Positions 11,109 through 24,272 of a stretch of DNA of 46,445 bases are shown here, piece after piece; positions within the stretch are counted from its first letter, which is position 1; each line of letters opens with the position of its first letter. The notes beneath the pieces are model-generated. The model was not told where the DNA came from. It did no database searches and was given only the letters and a program-made list of their open reading frames with translations. The DNA is from Emiliania huxleyi CCMP1516 (lineage: Eukaryota): assembly GCF_000372725.1 (NCBI RefSeq), contig NW_005201183.1:319428-365872 (forward strand). Reading direction: 5' to 3'. The translations under genes and the position numbers were made by a program.

Positions 11109-12722
11109 TCACCACAGCGACCAGAGGCCTGCTGCCGCAGAGCCGTACGTTGCGCTGATCATCCCTCCAAGCAGCCCGCCTGGTAGAGCGCCGATCCCGC
11201 CCGCAAAGGAGCCGGTGACGGCGCCCCAGGTGCCGCCAATGACTGCCCCGCTGATATCCGCCTTGATTACCGACTTCGCGTCCTCGCTGATTCGTACCGC
11301 CGGCTTGAACCAGAAGGCTCGCGAGCTGATCGCAACGTCGACGATCATCTCGGCAAAGGCGCGCGTGAATTCGTCTCTTGTCCAGGCCTGCTTCAGGGCC
11401 CCCGCGCCTTGGAGGAATTTCGCGGACTCAATTGTAGTGCTGACGTCCACAAAGTTCACGAGGGTGTCCTTCATCCTCGCACTGATTGACAGCTGTTTGA
11501 CGAGTTGTTCGAACGCGCCGTCCAACTTTGAGCTCAGGCTGTACCTGGCGCGAGGAGAGAAGGTGACGTTCGCGCCGGCAATGATGTCGTCGTAGGTCTT
11601 CCCCTCGATGTTTAGCTTCCGGACAACCTCTGCCCGAAACAGCATCATGCTGGACGCGACATCTCCCCTGTCGTCTCGGCGGTACATGGTGTATGCGAAC
11701 TCCATCATCAGGTCATGGAGCTCGCCGGGGCATACGTCGAAGACGCACGGCAGCGGAGGAGGCGGAGGGGCCTGCATCCTCGACCCAAGCTCTAGCGCAA
11801 GCCTCGTCTTCAGAGCCGCCGCCTCAGCGCTGGCCTCTGCCGCCTGCGCCTGCGCCTCCGCCGCCTCCTGTTCCTTCCGCGCAATCTCCATCTCGATTGC
11901 GGCCGTGCCCGCGATGGTCGAGCGGATTCTCTCCAGCTCGTCTGAAAATTGCCTCAGCACCGATTGGACGTAGTCGAGGGGCGGATAGGGCGGGCGCGCG
12001 GGCGGGTAGGGCACGGACGCAGACATCTGCTCAGCGTCGCTTGGCGACCGGATGACTGGTGACGGCGGTGGCGGTGGTGACGGAGAGCGGTATAAATCTT
12101 GGGTTGCTGACGGAGGAGGAAGGGGCGGGGTGCGCCCAAGGCACGGGCGAGACGAGTAGAGCGGATAACTGTCGTACAGGCAGCCTTTGCCCGAACAGGT
12201 TGTCTGATTGCAGAGAGTGAACGGCACTCCTTCTTCATTCCTCCCAATCTCTGCACAAGCGGCGACCGCCTCAGCGTACGTGCGCTTGGTGATTGGCTCT
12301 GCAGGTGGCTTGCCGGATGTGCAGGAGCGGCCCCTGTTGTAAACGCGCACGCAAGCGCCACTTCCGGCTACGTTGGGCTTGCAGCATTGTGTGACAATCC
12401 GGCGCAGTACCCTGCCCAGAGACGGATCTGTGATCTCTGCCCTCACGGTGTCTTCGTCTTGTCCTTCGACCAGGCAGGAGAGCTGGCCACCAGTCTTCGC
12501 ATTGATGACCTGAACGCCGGCGCTTGGGATTCGAACCCTAGGCTGAGCCAGCGCGTGGAGTAGGAGAGGCAGGCATGCCATCAGGGGCGCAAAGGCTGTG
12601 CTTGCAAGTTGCCTGAAGGCCAACGGGAGGACGGCCGATTTTAGTTGAGACGCGTCCCACCATTTGCGTCGTAATCGATTTGCCGCGTCTCCTCGATATG
12701 TTGCCGCGTCTTCGTGGAGCAT
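11109..12722 (-). CDS. Secreted Cys-rich / Pro-rich / coiled-coil protein with C-terminal glycine zipper, copy 1
   Basis: Uninterrupted 537-aa ORF; likely real start MACLPLLLHALA at 12581. Order: ~10-Cys domain, PPSPPP linker, coiled coil, then C-terminal ADISGAVIGGTWGAVTGSFAGGIGALPGGLLGG. Confidence 0.85.
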   Translation of the reverse strand: MLHEDAATYRGDAANRLRRKWWDASQLKSAVLPLAFRQLASTAFAPLMACLPLLLHALAQPRVRIPSAGVQVINAKTGGQLSCLVEGQDEDTVRAEITDPSLGRVLRRIVTQCCKPNVAGSGACVRVYNRGRSCTSGKPPAEPITKRTYAEAVAACAEIGRNEEGVPFTLCNQTTCSGKGCLYDSYPLYSSRPCLGRTPPLPPPSATQDLYRSPSPPPPPSPVIRSPSDAEQMSASVPYPPARPPYPPLDYVQSVLRQFSDELERIRSTIAGTAAIEMEIARKEQEAAEAQAQAAEASAEAAALKTRLALELGSRMQAPPPPPLPCVFDVCPGELHDLMMEFAYTMYRRDDRGDVASSMMLFRAEVVRKLNIEGKTYDDIIAGANVTFSPRARYSLSSKLDGAFEQLVKQLSISARMKDTLVNFVDVSTTIESAKFLQGAGALKQAWTRDEFTRAFAEMIVDVAISSRAFWFKPAVRISEDAKSVIKADISGAVIGGTWGAVTGSFAGGIGALPGGLLGGMISATYGSAAAGLWSLW

Positions 12723-14989
12723 TTCAGTGTACGTACGTTTCTCTCTCTCAGTGTAGTGTATGTACTTTTAGCTTACTGGGAGAGAAGGGAGAGAGAGGGG
12801 GTTGTTTGTGTTCTCTATCTATCTAGGCCCCGACACTCTAAGGGCCCTACGCTCTCTCAGTGTACGTGGCTCTTACGAACAAAGGTGCACTGCTCACAGG
12901 GTTTGCGATGAGGAGCGACGCCGAAGGAACGATTCTTCTCGGGTAAGTAAGCGCACCAACCACTTCTCTATAAAACTGCTGTGTGGGCTGCCGCAAGTAG
13001 CCGCGGGCTGAGGATGCCAAGCTCACGTGCGCCAACTACCTTTCACCTGCCGGCGCCCGCCGCCGCGGCCGTCGCCGCCGCCGTCGACACCGCCCGGTCG
13101 GCCCTACGGTGAGTAAGTATATCTCGTTCGTTGATCCAGATGGGGTTGGTTGGGGAGGGATGGAGACATGGAGAGTTGTCCACAGGCTGACCTGCACGGG
13201 CTTATTCACCCACGCATTTCTTTTTTAGCCGCGTCCGCTTCTTTTTGCAGCAAAAAAAGGAGGTCTTGGCTGGTCTTGGTGCTCTTGGTCTCGCCGGGGC
13301 TCTGCTCCGAGAGACCTCGAGAGGCGCAGCCTGCGCCTCTCACGACGCTACCCACGCCCAAGCAACAACACCGCGACGCTACCCACACCCGAACAACAAC
13401 AGCTCCGCAATTCTCGACGCGATGCACACGCCGCACCGAGAGTCGCAAGCCTCTTACGGTCGCGGCGAATGCTAGCTGTCTTCGCTGGGCGTGCCATGGC
13501 ACCGCCCAGCCACATCGTGCCGAAGCCGCAAAACGATTGCCTGCTCAATCGCGCTGTCATTCGTGACTCGCTTCGCGCCTGCGTTGCTGCCACGGAGGCG
13601 CGCCGGTGTCACGTCCATGGGCGAGCGATGAGCAAAGCACATCGCGCGTGCTGCGCTCGCAGCCACGCCAGCGCAACGTGAATGCTCTCGTCGCAATCCC
13701 AGGTGCGAAGGCAGCCACCGCAGCCCAACAAGGCTGGCGCCGAGGCCAGCAGCGCGTTGCCACCTCCGATCCGATCACGCCGCGGTGGCGACGCCGCCTT
13801 TGCACCGACGCGGCTGCCTTGCCGACGCCGCACCAACCTGCAGGGTGACGAGCCGCTCGCGGAGCCCAGAGCCGGTTGGTGCTGTCGTTGTCGGCCGGAG
13901 TGTCGCCGTGAGAAGCACGCCGCTGCCGGGCGGCGGCGAGCTTCGAGATCGGTAGGGGCGACATGCGGCCCGCTGCGGGCGGCGACAGCTCATGACGGAC
14001 GTACCTTTACGCCGCCGCCCTCAGCCAGGCTCGCGAGCTGCCACCAGAGGCTGCGCCACACATTGAGAGCCGCCGCAGCTCCGCGTACTCGTCAGTTCGG
14101 CCCTCGCGGGCGGGCTAGACGCGTCCTTCTTCCGGCCGGGCGCTCGAGCTCGAGCAGATCCGGGCCCACGAGGCGGGAACGACCGTCCTCGTGGGCGAGG
14201 TCGAGTCTGCCGGCCGGCAGTGGGCGCGAGAGGCTGTGAGATGCGGAGAGCGGCTGCTGGCGGGTGGGGTGGTAGGTGGCCGGTCGTGTGGAAGCGGTCG
14301 TGGCGGGCGACACACCGGCAGAGAGGCGACCCGTGCATAGCGTGTGGGTCTGTCGCCGTGCGGCGTGTGTGCGTCTGTGGCGGATGTGTGCGTGGCCGGT
14401 GTGTGGACGGGCCGTGCATCGGCCTCGCTGCGTAGTCACGTAAAAAAGCGCCCAGTCGACTCTATTTCAGCGCAGTACTAGAAGCGACCCAACCCCACCA
14501 TAGGAGTAATATCGTACAAAGGACACGGCCAAAGGCCCGACACTCTGCAGCACACAAGCACACCACCGGCTCAACAGTCTGCTTCACACCCTGTGCGCAG
14601 CGAGGAGGAGCACAACACAAGTGCGCCGAGGCCTCGGATCGCACGTCCCCAGCCCCGCCCCACTCCCCTCCCGCAGACGTGGTTCGGAGGCGCGGGCGGC
14701 GAGTCGTACACACAGCCATCGAAGGCCTCAGGTTCTCGCCGCTCCCCCGCCCCTCGCCAAGCGCAAGGGCTCGCTCTGGTCTGCTCTCTCTCTCGACTCT
14801 CTCTCGCCTCGACGCAGCAGCCGCGCCTCGAGATGCGCCGCCGCCGCGGCCGAGCGTTCGAGGCAGCTCGCGCCGCCGCCCCCGCCGAGCCGCCACACAC
14901 CTCCGCTCACTCCGTCGCGCGGCCACGCCGCAGCCACGCCGCCCGCCCGCCGCCGCCACACGCCTCGCCGGCCAGAGACGTTGGCGCGC

Positions 14990-17900
14990 TCACTCCGCCT
15001 CGTTGAGCTTGCGGCGCTTGACCTGGCCGACGGCCAGGGTGTCCTTGGTCGCGAGCCCGCCCTCCGCCCGGCAGCGCTTGAGGTGCGTGGCGAGCTCCTT
15101 CTCGTTGTTGACTGTGAGCGAGCAAGGGTGAGGGGCGTGAGAGCGGTGGGTGGGTGGCGAGCGTGGTTTGCGAGACAGAGTGGGGGAGGGGGGAGGGGCG
15201 AGCAGCGCACTCTTGCCGCGGTCGGCGTACGATACCCAGCCGCAGACGCAGGCGGACCCGATGACGCAGTGGCGCTCCGCCTCTATCTTTGTCTTCTGCC
15301 CCGCGCCGCAGGTCGGGCAGTGGTAGGGCCAGATGCCCGTGTGCTTGGGCTCGTGCGCCTTGTAGGCCGCCGGCACGCGGAAGGTCTCGCCGCAGCCATC
15401 CCACAGGCAGCGCTTGTTGTCGTGCTCGACGCCGTGCGTCGCCGCGCACGCCCACGCCGCGTCGGCCGTGTCGTGCAGGGAGTCGCAGCTTGGGCAAACG
15501 AAGCCCTTGCGCGGCGGGTCGCCGATGGTGTGGAGCGCCTCGTGCGCCCGCACGTGGTGGAGGTTGATGCTGCCGGAGTTGCGGAGCTGGCACTTCACCC
15601 ACGGCTTCGCGCAGCCGTCAAAGAGGCACTTTACCTGCAGCCAGGCGGCGAGAGGGGCGTGTGGGCCTGCGCTGGAGACGAGGCGACCGGCACGAGGCTC
15701 GGTGCTCTCCGCGGCGTGCGGGGCGGGGCGGGGCGGGGCCCTCTGCGCAGAGACGGCGAGTGAGGGCGGCGGCTACTCTACTACGCGCGGCATCTCGCCT
15801 CGTTGCCGTTGCGGACCTCGCGGCGCGGCTCGAGCCCGGGGTGGGCGCGCTCGATGTGCTCGAAGATCCCCTCCGCCGTGTCACGGAACTGAAGGCGGGG
15901 AGGGAGGGGGGCGGTGGTGGGGAGGGAGAGGGGCGCGCGCAGAGGCGGCGGGGTGAGGAGGCGGCGAGGGGGTGCAGCGGAGTGAGGGTTGGCGGCGGCG
16001 AGGGCGGAGGCGTGGGTTAGGGTGGAGAGGGGGGGAGGAGGCCAGAGGGCGGAGGGCAAGACTCGCCTCGTCGCAGTCGGGGTTGATGCACACGAAGCCG
16101 CGGCCGCCGGGGGTGATGCTCGCAGAGGCGCCGCGGGTCGAGACCCGCTTCTTCTTGCGCTCGCCGCCCGCCTGCGGACGTGGTGGAGCGGAACGCGCGG
16201 CGGTCGACGCACGAGGGGGCGGGTGAGACGGGGAAGCGGCGCGGAGCATCGCCGGGCGAGTCACAGGCAGCCGTCGCGAGAGCAACCCCCGCGCCAACCC
16301 GCCTCCGCCGGCGAGTGTGTGGTGCGGGGGGCGCGCAGGGCACCTTGGCCTTGCCGCCGGTCGGCGCCTTCTTGGCCGCCTTCGCCTTGCGGGAGGGCTT
16401 GGCGGGCGCCTGCGCGACAGGGGGAAGGGGCAGTTGGTGCGCGCCACGAGAGCGACGCGCGCGGGCTCCCTGACCGTCAAGGCCTGCCCGTCCCCCCCAC
16501 CCCCCCCGCCCCTTCTCCCCTCTAGCCGCGGCGCACCCGCGGCGCTCCCAGCGTCTCAACGTCAAAGTCGGAGCCGTCGCCGTCGCTTTCGCTCCCGTCG
16601 GAGACTTCTGCCACGCTCCCCTCCTCGTCCTCGTCCTCGTCCTCCTCCACCTCCTCGCCGTCCTCGCCAAGCATCGCCGGCGGCTGCGCAGAGGGGGAGG
16701 GGGGGGGAAGAGCAGCGCGTCAGTCAGAGGCNNNNNNNNNNNNNNNNNNNNNNNNNNNNNNNNNNNNNNNNNNNNNNNNNNNNNNNNNNNNNNNNNNNNN
16801 NNNNNNNNNNNNNNNNNNNNNNNNNNNNNNNNNNNNNNNNNNNNNNNNNNNNNNNNNNNNNNNNNNNNNNNNNNNNNNNNNNNNNNNNNNNNNNNNNNNN
16901 NNNNNNNNNNNNNNNNNNNNNNNNNNNNNNNNNNNNNNNNNNNNNNNNNNNNNNNNNNNNNNNNNNNNNNNNNNNNNNNNNNNNNNNNNNNNNNNNNNNN
17001 NNNNNNNNNNNNNNNNNNNNNNNNNNNNNNNNNNNNNNNNNNNNNNNNNNNNNNNNNNNNNNNNNNNNNNNNNNNNNNNNNNNNNNNNNNNNNNNNNNNN
17101 NNNNNNNNNNNNNNNNNNNNNNNNNNNNNNNNNNNNNNNNNNNNNNNNNNNNNNNNNNNNNNNNNNNNNNNNNNNNNNNNNNNNNNNNNNNNNNNNNNNN
17201 NNNNNNNNNNNNNNNNNNNNNNNNNNNNNNNNNNNNNNNNNNNNNNNNNNNNNNNNNNNNNNNNNNNNNNNNNNNNNNNNNNNNNNNNNNNNNNNNNNNN
17301 NNNNNNNNNNNNNNNNNNNNNNNNNNNNNNNNNNNNNNNNNNNNNNNNNNNNNNNNNNNNNNNNNNNNNNNNNNNNNNNNNNNNNNNNNNNNNNNNNNNN
17401 NNNNNNNNNNNNNNNNNNNNNNNNNNNNNNNNNNNNNNNNNNNNNNNNNNNNNNNNNNNNNNNNNNNNNNNNNNNNNNNNNNNNNNNNNNNNNNNNNNNN
17501 NNNTCTGGGGCGAGCGTGAGGCCGCAGCCGAGAGGGGTCGGTGGGGGATGTGGCCGTGACGGTGGGAGTGCGCGAGGGCGGCGGAGGCGGAGGCGCGGCT
17601 GGTGACCGGGCCGGCAGGGATGGCGGCGGCGGCGGCGGTGGCGACGGCGGCGGCGGCGATGGGGGTGGTGGGCTCGGGAGGCGTGGCGGCGGCGACGCGA
17701 ACGTGTCACGGAGGCGGAGGCGTTGGAGGGGGAGGCGCGGTGGCAGAGGAGACGAGGGGCGGGCGGGGGGCGCGTCCAGGGCGCGGAGGGCGGCCGGGTG
17801 AGGGCGGGCGGTGCGTCGCGCGGCTCTGGGTGGGGGCGGCGGCGCACAAGGTAGTTGGGCTGGTTGTAGTCTGCCGACGCCTGGCGCGCCGAGGCGCGAG

Positions 17901-20900
17901 TCGGCGCCGAGCTGGTCGAGGGCTGCTCGCGGCGCTCGTTGGCCTTCTTCTCGGCCTCGCCGCGCTCGTTGCGGATGTCCTGGCAGAGCGGCGGGGAGGG
18001 CTAGTGAGAGCGTGATGTGGCGGTAGGAGAGCGAGAGGCGGCCGGAGGCGAGTGACTGTGCGAGGCGGGCAGAGGCGAGAGAGGGTGGCGGGGTGCGAGC
18101 GAGTCGGGTGGCGAGAAGTGGGTGGGTGTTGCGAGTGGGAGGGGAGGAGAGAGAGGGTGGACGGGTGGCCTGCACGAGCGTCGTGATGCCGAGCTTGACG
18201 AGCATCTGCTGGTTCTCGATCACCTGTGCCGAGGGGGGGGGGGCGTGAAGCGAAGCGGAGTCTGGTCGCTGCGAAGGTCGACGTCTCGCCTTGGTGGGTG
18301 CGTGGGTCGGGAGGCATATTGCTGGGGTCGGGGAGGCGGCGCCGGGGGGTGGGCGTGGCGAGGCTGCGGAGGGCTGGCGGCGCCTCGCGTCGGGCGGCGG
18401 AGGTGTGTGTGGCGGCGGAGGTGTGGTGTGGGTGGCTCTCTGGGGCGAGCGTGAGGCTGCAGCCGAGAGGGGATGGTGGGGGATGTGGCCGGCATCGTGG
18501 GAGTGCGCGAGGGCGGCGGAGGCGGAGGCGCGGGTGGTGACCGGGCCGGCCGGGGTGGCGGCGGTGGCCGAGTGCCGACGGGCGGGGCTGCGAGGCATGT
18601 GCGGGTGGTGTGCGGCCTCGGTCACGATGGCGACAGCGCCGTTGCAGCGTGGTGAGGCGAGGGTGGCGGGGAGGCTAGTTGGTGGGGTGGCGACGAGGGC
18701 GGAGGAGGGGGCGGGGGCGGCCGTCCGTGTCGGTGGTGGCGGCGGAGGCGGCGGCAGCGTGGTCTGTGGCTGTGGCCGAAGGCGTGTTGGGGGGTGGGAG
18801 GATCTGCACAATCGCATGAAGCGAAGCGGGGTCTGGTCGCTGGGAAGGTCGACGTCTCGCGTCGGTGGGTGCGTGGGTCGGGAGGCGTACTGCTGGGGTC
18901 GGGGAGGCGGCGCAGGGGGTGGGCGTGGCGGGGCTGCGGAGGGTCGGCGGCGGCTCGAGGCGGGCGGCGGCGGTGTGTGGGGCGGTGGAGGTGTGCTGTG
19001 GCTGCCTCTCTGGGGCGAGCGTGAGGCTGCAGCTGAGGGGGGATGGTGGGGGATGTGGCCGTGACGGCATCGTGGGAGTGCGCGGGGGCGGCGGAGGCGG
19101 AGGCGCGAGTCGTGGCTAAGCCGGCTGGGATGGCGGCGGTGGCCGAGTGCCGACGGGCGGGGCTGCGAGGCATGTGGGGGTGGTGTGTGGCCTGGGTCAC
19201 GATGGCGACGGTACCGCCGCAGCGTGGTGAGGCGAAGTTGGGGGGGAGGCTACTCTCGAGACGCGTGCCTGCCGATTGCGCTCCTCCTCGTAGTCGGAGA
19301 GCGTCTTCGCCCGGACGGCCATCGCCGCGCGCGCCTCCTCCGGCTCGTCGGGGAAGTACAGCGGGTACAGCTCGCGGCCGAGGCGGCGCGAGCGGCTCTG
19401 CGGCGGGGGCGCGAGTGGTGACGCGTTGATATGGCGGGACGCACTGCGTTCGGGGAGGGGGGCGCGGTGTGCGACGCATCCCCGACGTGCTCTTCACGTC
19501 AGCGGCCGAGGCTGCGGCTGCGGCTCCGGTGGGGCGGGGGCTTGGGCGGTGCGGCTCCGGTGGGGCGGGGGTTTGGGCGGTGTGCTCGAGCCTGCCACTC
19601 GCGAAAGAAGAGGTCGCGGACGATCTGGAGGCGCGCCGTCGGGTACAGCCTGGCGGGGTTCAGCATGAGCCGCTCCCACTGTCGCGGCGAGAGGCACGGG
19701 GTTGCGGCACGCGTAAGCGGGAGGGGGCGGGGTGTGGACGAGGGCGGTGCGGGCGATGCGGCTGGGCAGCGTGTGGCGCGCGAGGGTGTCCCGGCGAGGA
19801 GCGGTGCGGCGAGGAGCGATGCGGTGCGGCGCGCGAGCGAGGGAAGGCGCGCGCGCCGCGAGGAGCTGGAAGAAGTTGCAGACGGTCTGCGGCGTGGCGG
19901 AGTGAGCGTGAGGGTGTAGCGTGAGGGCGCAGCGGAGAGAGAGAGCTCGAGGCGGGAGGTGGGGTAGCGCGGGCGAGAGTCGAAGTTTGCGTGGGGACGG
20001 CGAGGGCCCCACGAACGGGCGATGGCGGGGGTCGGGATGCCTGGTACCACCGCTCCGGCTCCGGCCAGTCGGGGGTGTCGGTGTACGCAATCTCCCAGAA
20101 GACGTTGCCGTCCTGAGCGCGTCACATCGCCACGAGCTGGTGAGGAGCGCGCACGGCGCGGGCCGGGAGTTGCGTCGCCCTGCCGAACCTCGAGGACATC
20201 CTGCCACGAGAGAAGGCCCTCGTCCAGCAGAAGGCTGACCTTCCGCTTGATCTTGACCGGAAGGATGTTCTTCCAAAGGCAGCGGTTCTCCTGGGGCGGT
20301 GCGGCAGTCGGGAACGGTGTTTTTGAAGCTGAGCGGCGATGCTTCCAACTGGTCTGCGTTCGAATTTGGACGCACCAGCGCTTGCTCATCGGGAATCTTT
20401 GCAAGTTCGACCACTGCGCTGTCGGACTCGTGGTCGAAGGAGGCGGCGTCCCAGATCTGCGCAGACACGGTTCGCGATGGGGCGCTCTGAGAGCGGGGGG
20501 CGTGCGCGGCTGTGGGAGGCGCGGGCGAGGCGCGCCACGAGCTGGCCGCGCGGGTCCTCCAGGCAGACCGGGGACAGGCTTGCGAGGAGCGAGAGGCGGA
20601 AGGTGATGTCCCCGTCGCTTCCGGCGGGGGGGTTCACCTGCGCCGACGGGCAGGCCGTCAGGGGCGGGGCGCGCGGGCGAGTGCGGGCCTGTGGCGAGTG
20701 CGCGGCGCGCCGGCTGGATCATCGACTCGGACAGGGCTTGCGCGAGCACGGAGTGGCACATCGAGGCGGTCAGTCCGAGCTTCTGCTTGAAGCAGTCGAG
20801 GAGCGACTGGATCGGGTGGTCGTCGACGGTCCTGCGCGGGCGGCGAGGGGCGCGGAGCGAAGAGTTGGAGATACGGACCGGCGGGCGCGCGGGTGAAGCG

Positions 20901-21353
20901 GCGCGCGGCGCAAGTGGTGCGCACGTGTCGACGAGCAGGTTTGAGCCCTTGGCGAAGACGATGTCCGGGTGGTCGCGCAGGAGGACGCGGTACCGGAGCT
21001 CGCCGTCGAAGCGGTCGTCTGGCTTGAAGACGATGAAGCCGACCTCTCCGTTGAGGTCGTCGTGCTTTCGGAGGTCGGTGAGGATCACTTTCGTGCCGCG
21101 CCTGGGCGGAGCGCGGCCGCGGCGGTGAAGTGTGGCTTCGGCGGTGAGAGGCGCAGACGAGAGGAGCGCGGGCGGAGGAAGTGGAGCGTCTGGGGGGCAT
21201 GGCTTGTACGCACCCGGCAGCGGCGAGGCCGCGCGCCGGCAGCGGCGAGGCGTCCATCGGGTCGAAGGAGAGGTCGTCGAAGCGCGACGCGGGTTTGGGT
21301 GCGTGGAGGTTGAGCTTGAGCGGGGAGGCCGCCTGCGTGAAGACTCTTGCCAT
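14990..21353 (-). CDS. Large multi-exon gene with C-terminal C2H2 zinc fingers (may be two genes; spans the gap)
   Basis: ATG at 21353 (MARVFTQAASP) and many short protein-like exons. Fingers CINPDC, CPSC...H, and CLWDGCGETF...AHEPKH-TGIWPYHCPTC (TGEKP-like linker) near 15200-16100. Confidence 0.6.
16732..17503. other. Assembly gap (772 N)
   Basis: Run of N. Confidence 1.
17504..19235. repeat. Diverged ~570-bp tandem repeat, probably intronic
   Basis: 18246-18660 resembles 18817-19232; a partial third copy starts at 17504, next to the gap. Confidence 0.8.
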
Positions 21354-23165
21354 TTTTGACGGAGGATCCAGGTCCTGCGACTCCACCGCTAAGAGCCGCC
21401 ACAAGGAAAAGAATTTTCGCTGGCCGAATTTGCGCGGGCTCTTGCGCCGGCTTTTGCGACTCACGTCGGGGCAGCCTTTAAACCCCTGTGTGTGGCGGCG
21501 TGCCGTCCTCCCATCCCTCCTCTGGAGTTCTTCACCTTTCTACCTACCTGCCTGGGTAAGAGCCGCCACCAGCCAAGAATACTTACCCACCGGCTTTTGC
21601 GACGAAGGTCGGGGAGTCTGTGGGGTCGCTGTGTGTTTCCAGCTCATGTTAGTGTGCCCCAGCACGTGCCACAGTCCGCGCCTGCGTCGGGCCTCGCTCG
21701 AGAGCTCCTTTGAGACCGAGCTCTCCTTTAAAAATTCTAGCTCTTGACACTTGGGACGGGGAGCGGCAGCGGACAACAAGAATGTGATATTACATTACGC
21801 GCTTGTCGTCGATGGGAGCTTGTCACCTTGATGAGCGCGAGGCAATTCGGTCAATGATGGAGTCGATCCAGCCGCCAGAGTGGTTGCGAGCCGGATCGAT
21901 GCGGCGGGCGACAGCAGCATTGCTCTGGACCGACGGGCTATTGATTGATGTGTTAATTTAGCTATGTTGGCGCATGTTGCGTCTTATCTTGCCGAACGGC
22001 AATGAGGTGGTAGGCTCCGGCCGGTGGCCACTACTGGACTTCAAGACCGAGCGGAGATGACGGTTGGCCGAGCAAGCGAGCGGGAGCAGCTCCTCTCGCT
22101 CTAGGCACCTGCTCTTACCGTATGTCTTTAGGACAGAGACGAGCTTGTGCTGCTGCCTCGAACGGATCTGCGCGCAGGCTCTGGCTGCTTCCCTTTTTGG
22201 CACACGTTAGCCGCAATTGAATGCCAGCGTGAAGGTGGTGCCTTCGTCAACAACGTCCAGCACACGGGACGCCCTTCGCCGACGCACGCGGCGAAACGGG
22301 GCCGCAAACCGCAACGCTCCGGGAGTCGCGAGATGGATTCGTGCCGTGTGGGAGGTAAGGTCGGACTTTCGCCGCCCTAGGACCGCTTGGGACATTGTCA
22401 CCGCGTACGCATCAGGGATAGGCCCCGCCCTCCTCTGCGTCGACCGTCCTTCCATCCGCGACGTGTGGGCGAAGCGACAGTGTCCCTAAGCGACTTGCTC
22501 ATCCCCCAAACTGGAGAAACCTGAAAGGCCGGGGGTTTATTTGTTTATTTACCGCGGCACGCGCGCCCACAAGCAGCGCCTCGCGGTCATGCCAACACCT
22601 CACTGCTTGCGCCTTGCCGCTTGCCCCCCCCCCCCCCACTGCATTCCCTTTTTGCGACATGTTTTTCTTTTTACCCCGGGCCGCAACGACCCGGTGTTAC
22701 GAAACCGCGCGACGAGAGTCGAGACGAGAGAGAGAGAGAGAGAGATTGGTCTAAGCTAGAACAATCACGAGCCCGACTCTGATCTCTGTGTCGCCGAATT
22801 GGACGGGCCGGGGGACGGACCACTACGTTCAGTATATACGCCGCTACAGAGAGCACGGACCAGGTAGCAGCACAGCGGCGGTCGCCCCGCATGGAGGGGC
22901 ACACGGCCGCCGCTGTGCTGCCCAGCGCGCGGGTCGGTGGAGTGGGCGGTGGCGACGCGCGGCACGCAGGAGTGCAGACTCGTGCGCGCGGGCCAGACGC
23001 CGACGGCTTCGAATGTGCACGAACCGGCGCCGCAGGCTCTGTAATCTCGGCCACTCTCGGCCAAATCTCGCTCACTGCGCGCGTCGCCGCCGCAGCAGCC
23101 TCGACGAGCGACGGGCAGAGGGCAGGAGGCGGCACCTGCGAGAAAAAACCAAAGTTACATCATTT

Positions 23166-23993
23166 TATCTCGACTTCGGTCGATCTCGGTCGATCTCGGA
23201 CAAATCTCGGACAATCTCGGACAATCTCGGCGGATCTGGGCGGATCTGGGCGGATCTGGGCGGATCTGGGCGGAGGTCTGATCTTGGCCTGACCTCGGCT
23301 GACCTACTTCTCGCCTAGCCTTGCCGAATCTCACCGCGTATCTCGGACTTAATCTCGGCATCTCGCTCATCTCGGCTGACCCGGCCGGCACTCACACTCG
23401 TGCCCCTGTGATCTCACGCAATCTCGGCCTCACCGAGCTCGGCCGACCTTCCAAACTGTCTCTGTCAACCGACCCCTAGACGAGCCTCGGCTTCCCCCCG
23501 TCCCACCTTCCGACGTGTTCTCTATCGACGGATTGCAGGCTTGCCTCGCCTCGCCTCGGCGGACCTCGGCTAATCTCGCTCCACGGACGAGGCGCCTATT
23601 CATTGGTTAACTAATTAGAGGGGCTACCCCAATCAATTGACGATGTATTGATGAATCCATATCTCGCCCACATCTCGCCCATATCTCGGGAGCGAGGGGA
23701 GGAGAGGAGGGGAGACGGAGAGGGGAGGGGAGGAGAGGGGAGGAGAGGGGAGGGGAGAGGGGAGGGGGGGGGAGGTGAGAGAGGAGAAGGGGGGGGGGGG
23801 GGGAGGGGGGGGGGAGGAGGGGAGGTGCCAGGAGGAGAGGAGGGGAGGGGAGAGGAGAGGAGAGGAGGAAGGGGGAGGGGAGGAGAGGGGAGGGGAGGAT
23901 GCACGAGCGTCCCACCTCTCCGCCGACGCTGCTGCATCTCGGCCAATCTCGGCCAATCTCGGCCACTCTTGGCCACTCTCGGCCACTCTCGGC
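23166..23993. repeat. 10-bp repeat clusters (ATCTCGGACA, GCGGATCTGG, CTCGGCCAAT) and a polypurine tract
   Basis: Tandem units at 23166-23280 and 23936-23993; GA-rich tract 23690-23900. Confidence 0.85.
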
Positions 23994-24272
23994 CCCGGCG
24001 CATCTGACCGGGTGCGACGAGAGGCTCTCCACCGAAGCTGCAAGCTTCACCACCCGCTCCGTCGAGCCGGCCACCTCGCCGACCACCTGTCCACAGACAT
24101 GCAGCCGTGAAGAGACGCCGTCGGCAGCTTGTCCTCGCGCCACACCGCCTCGCTCCACTCCACCGGTGCGGACGGCGGCGAGCAGCTCGAGCTGGCGCGA
24201 CGACTTGACGAGCACGCCTACCCGCACGCACCGGTCTCTGAGGCGGTCTTGAGGCGGTCTCTGAGGCGGTCG

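Larger units (their letters stand above)
8968..12970. repeat. ~4 kb direct segmental duplication, copy 1
   Basis: Near-identical to 24232-28296; the 537-aa ORF translations are identical. Confidence 0.95.

Noticed and set aside
12980..14460. Possible gene between the duplication and the zinc-finger gene
   Set aside because: No consistent exon chain or recognisable domain.
16317..19497. Long Pro/Arg/Gly-rich ORFs, including those crossing the N gap
   Set aside because: Artefacts of stop-poor high-GC DNA, repeats and N translation.
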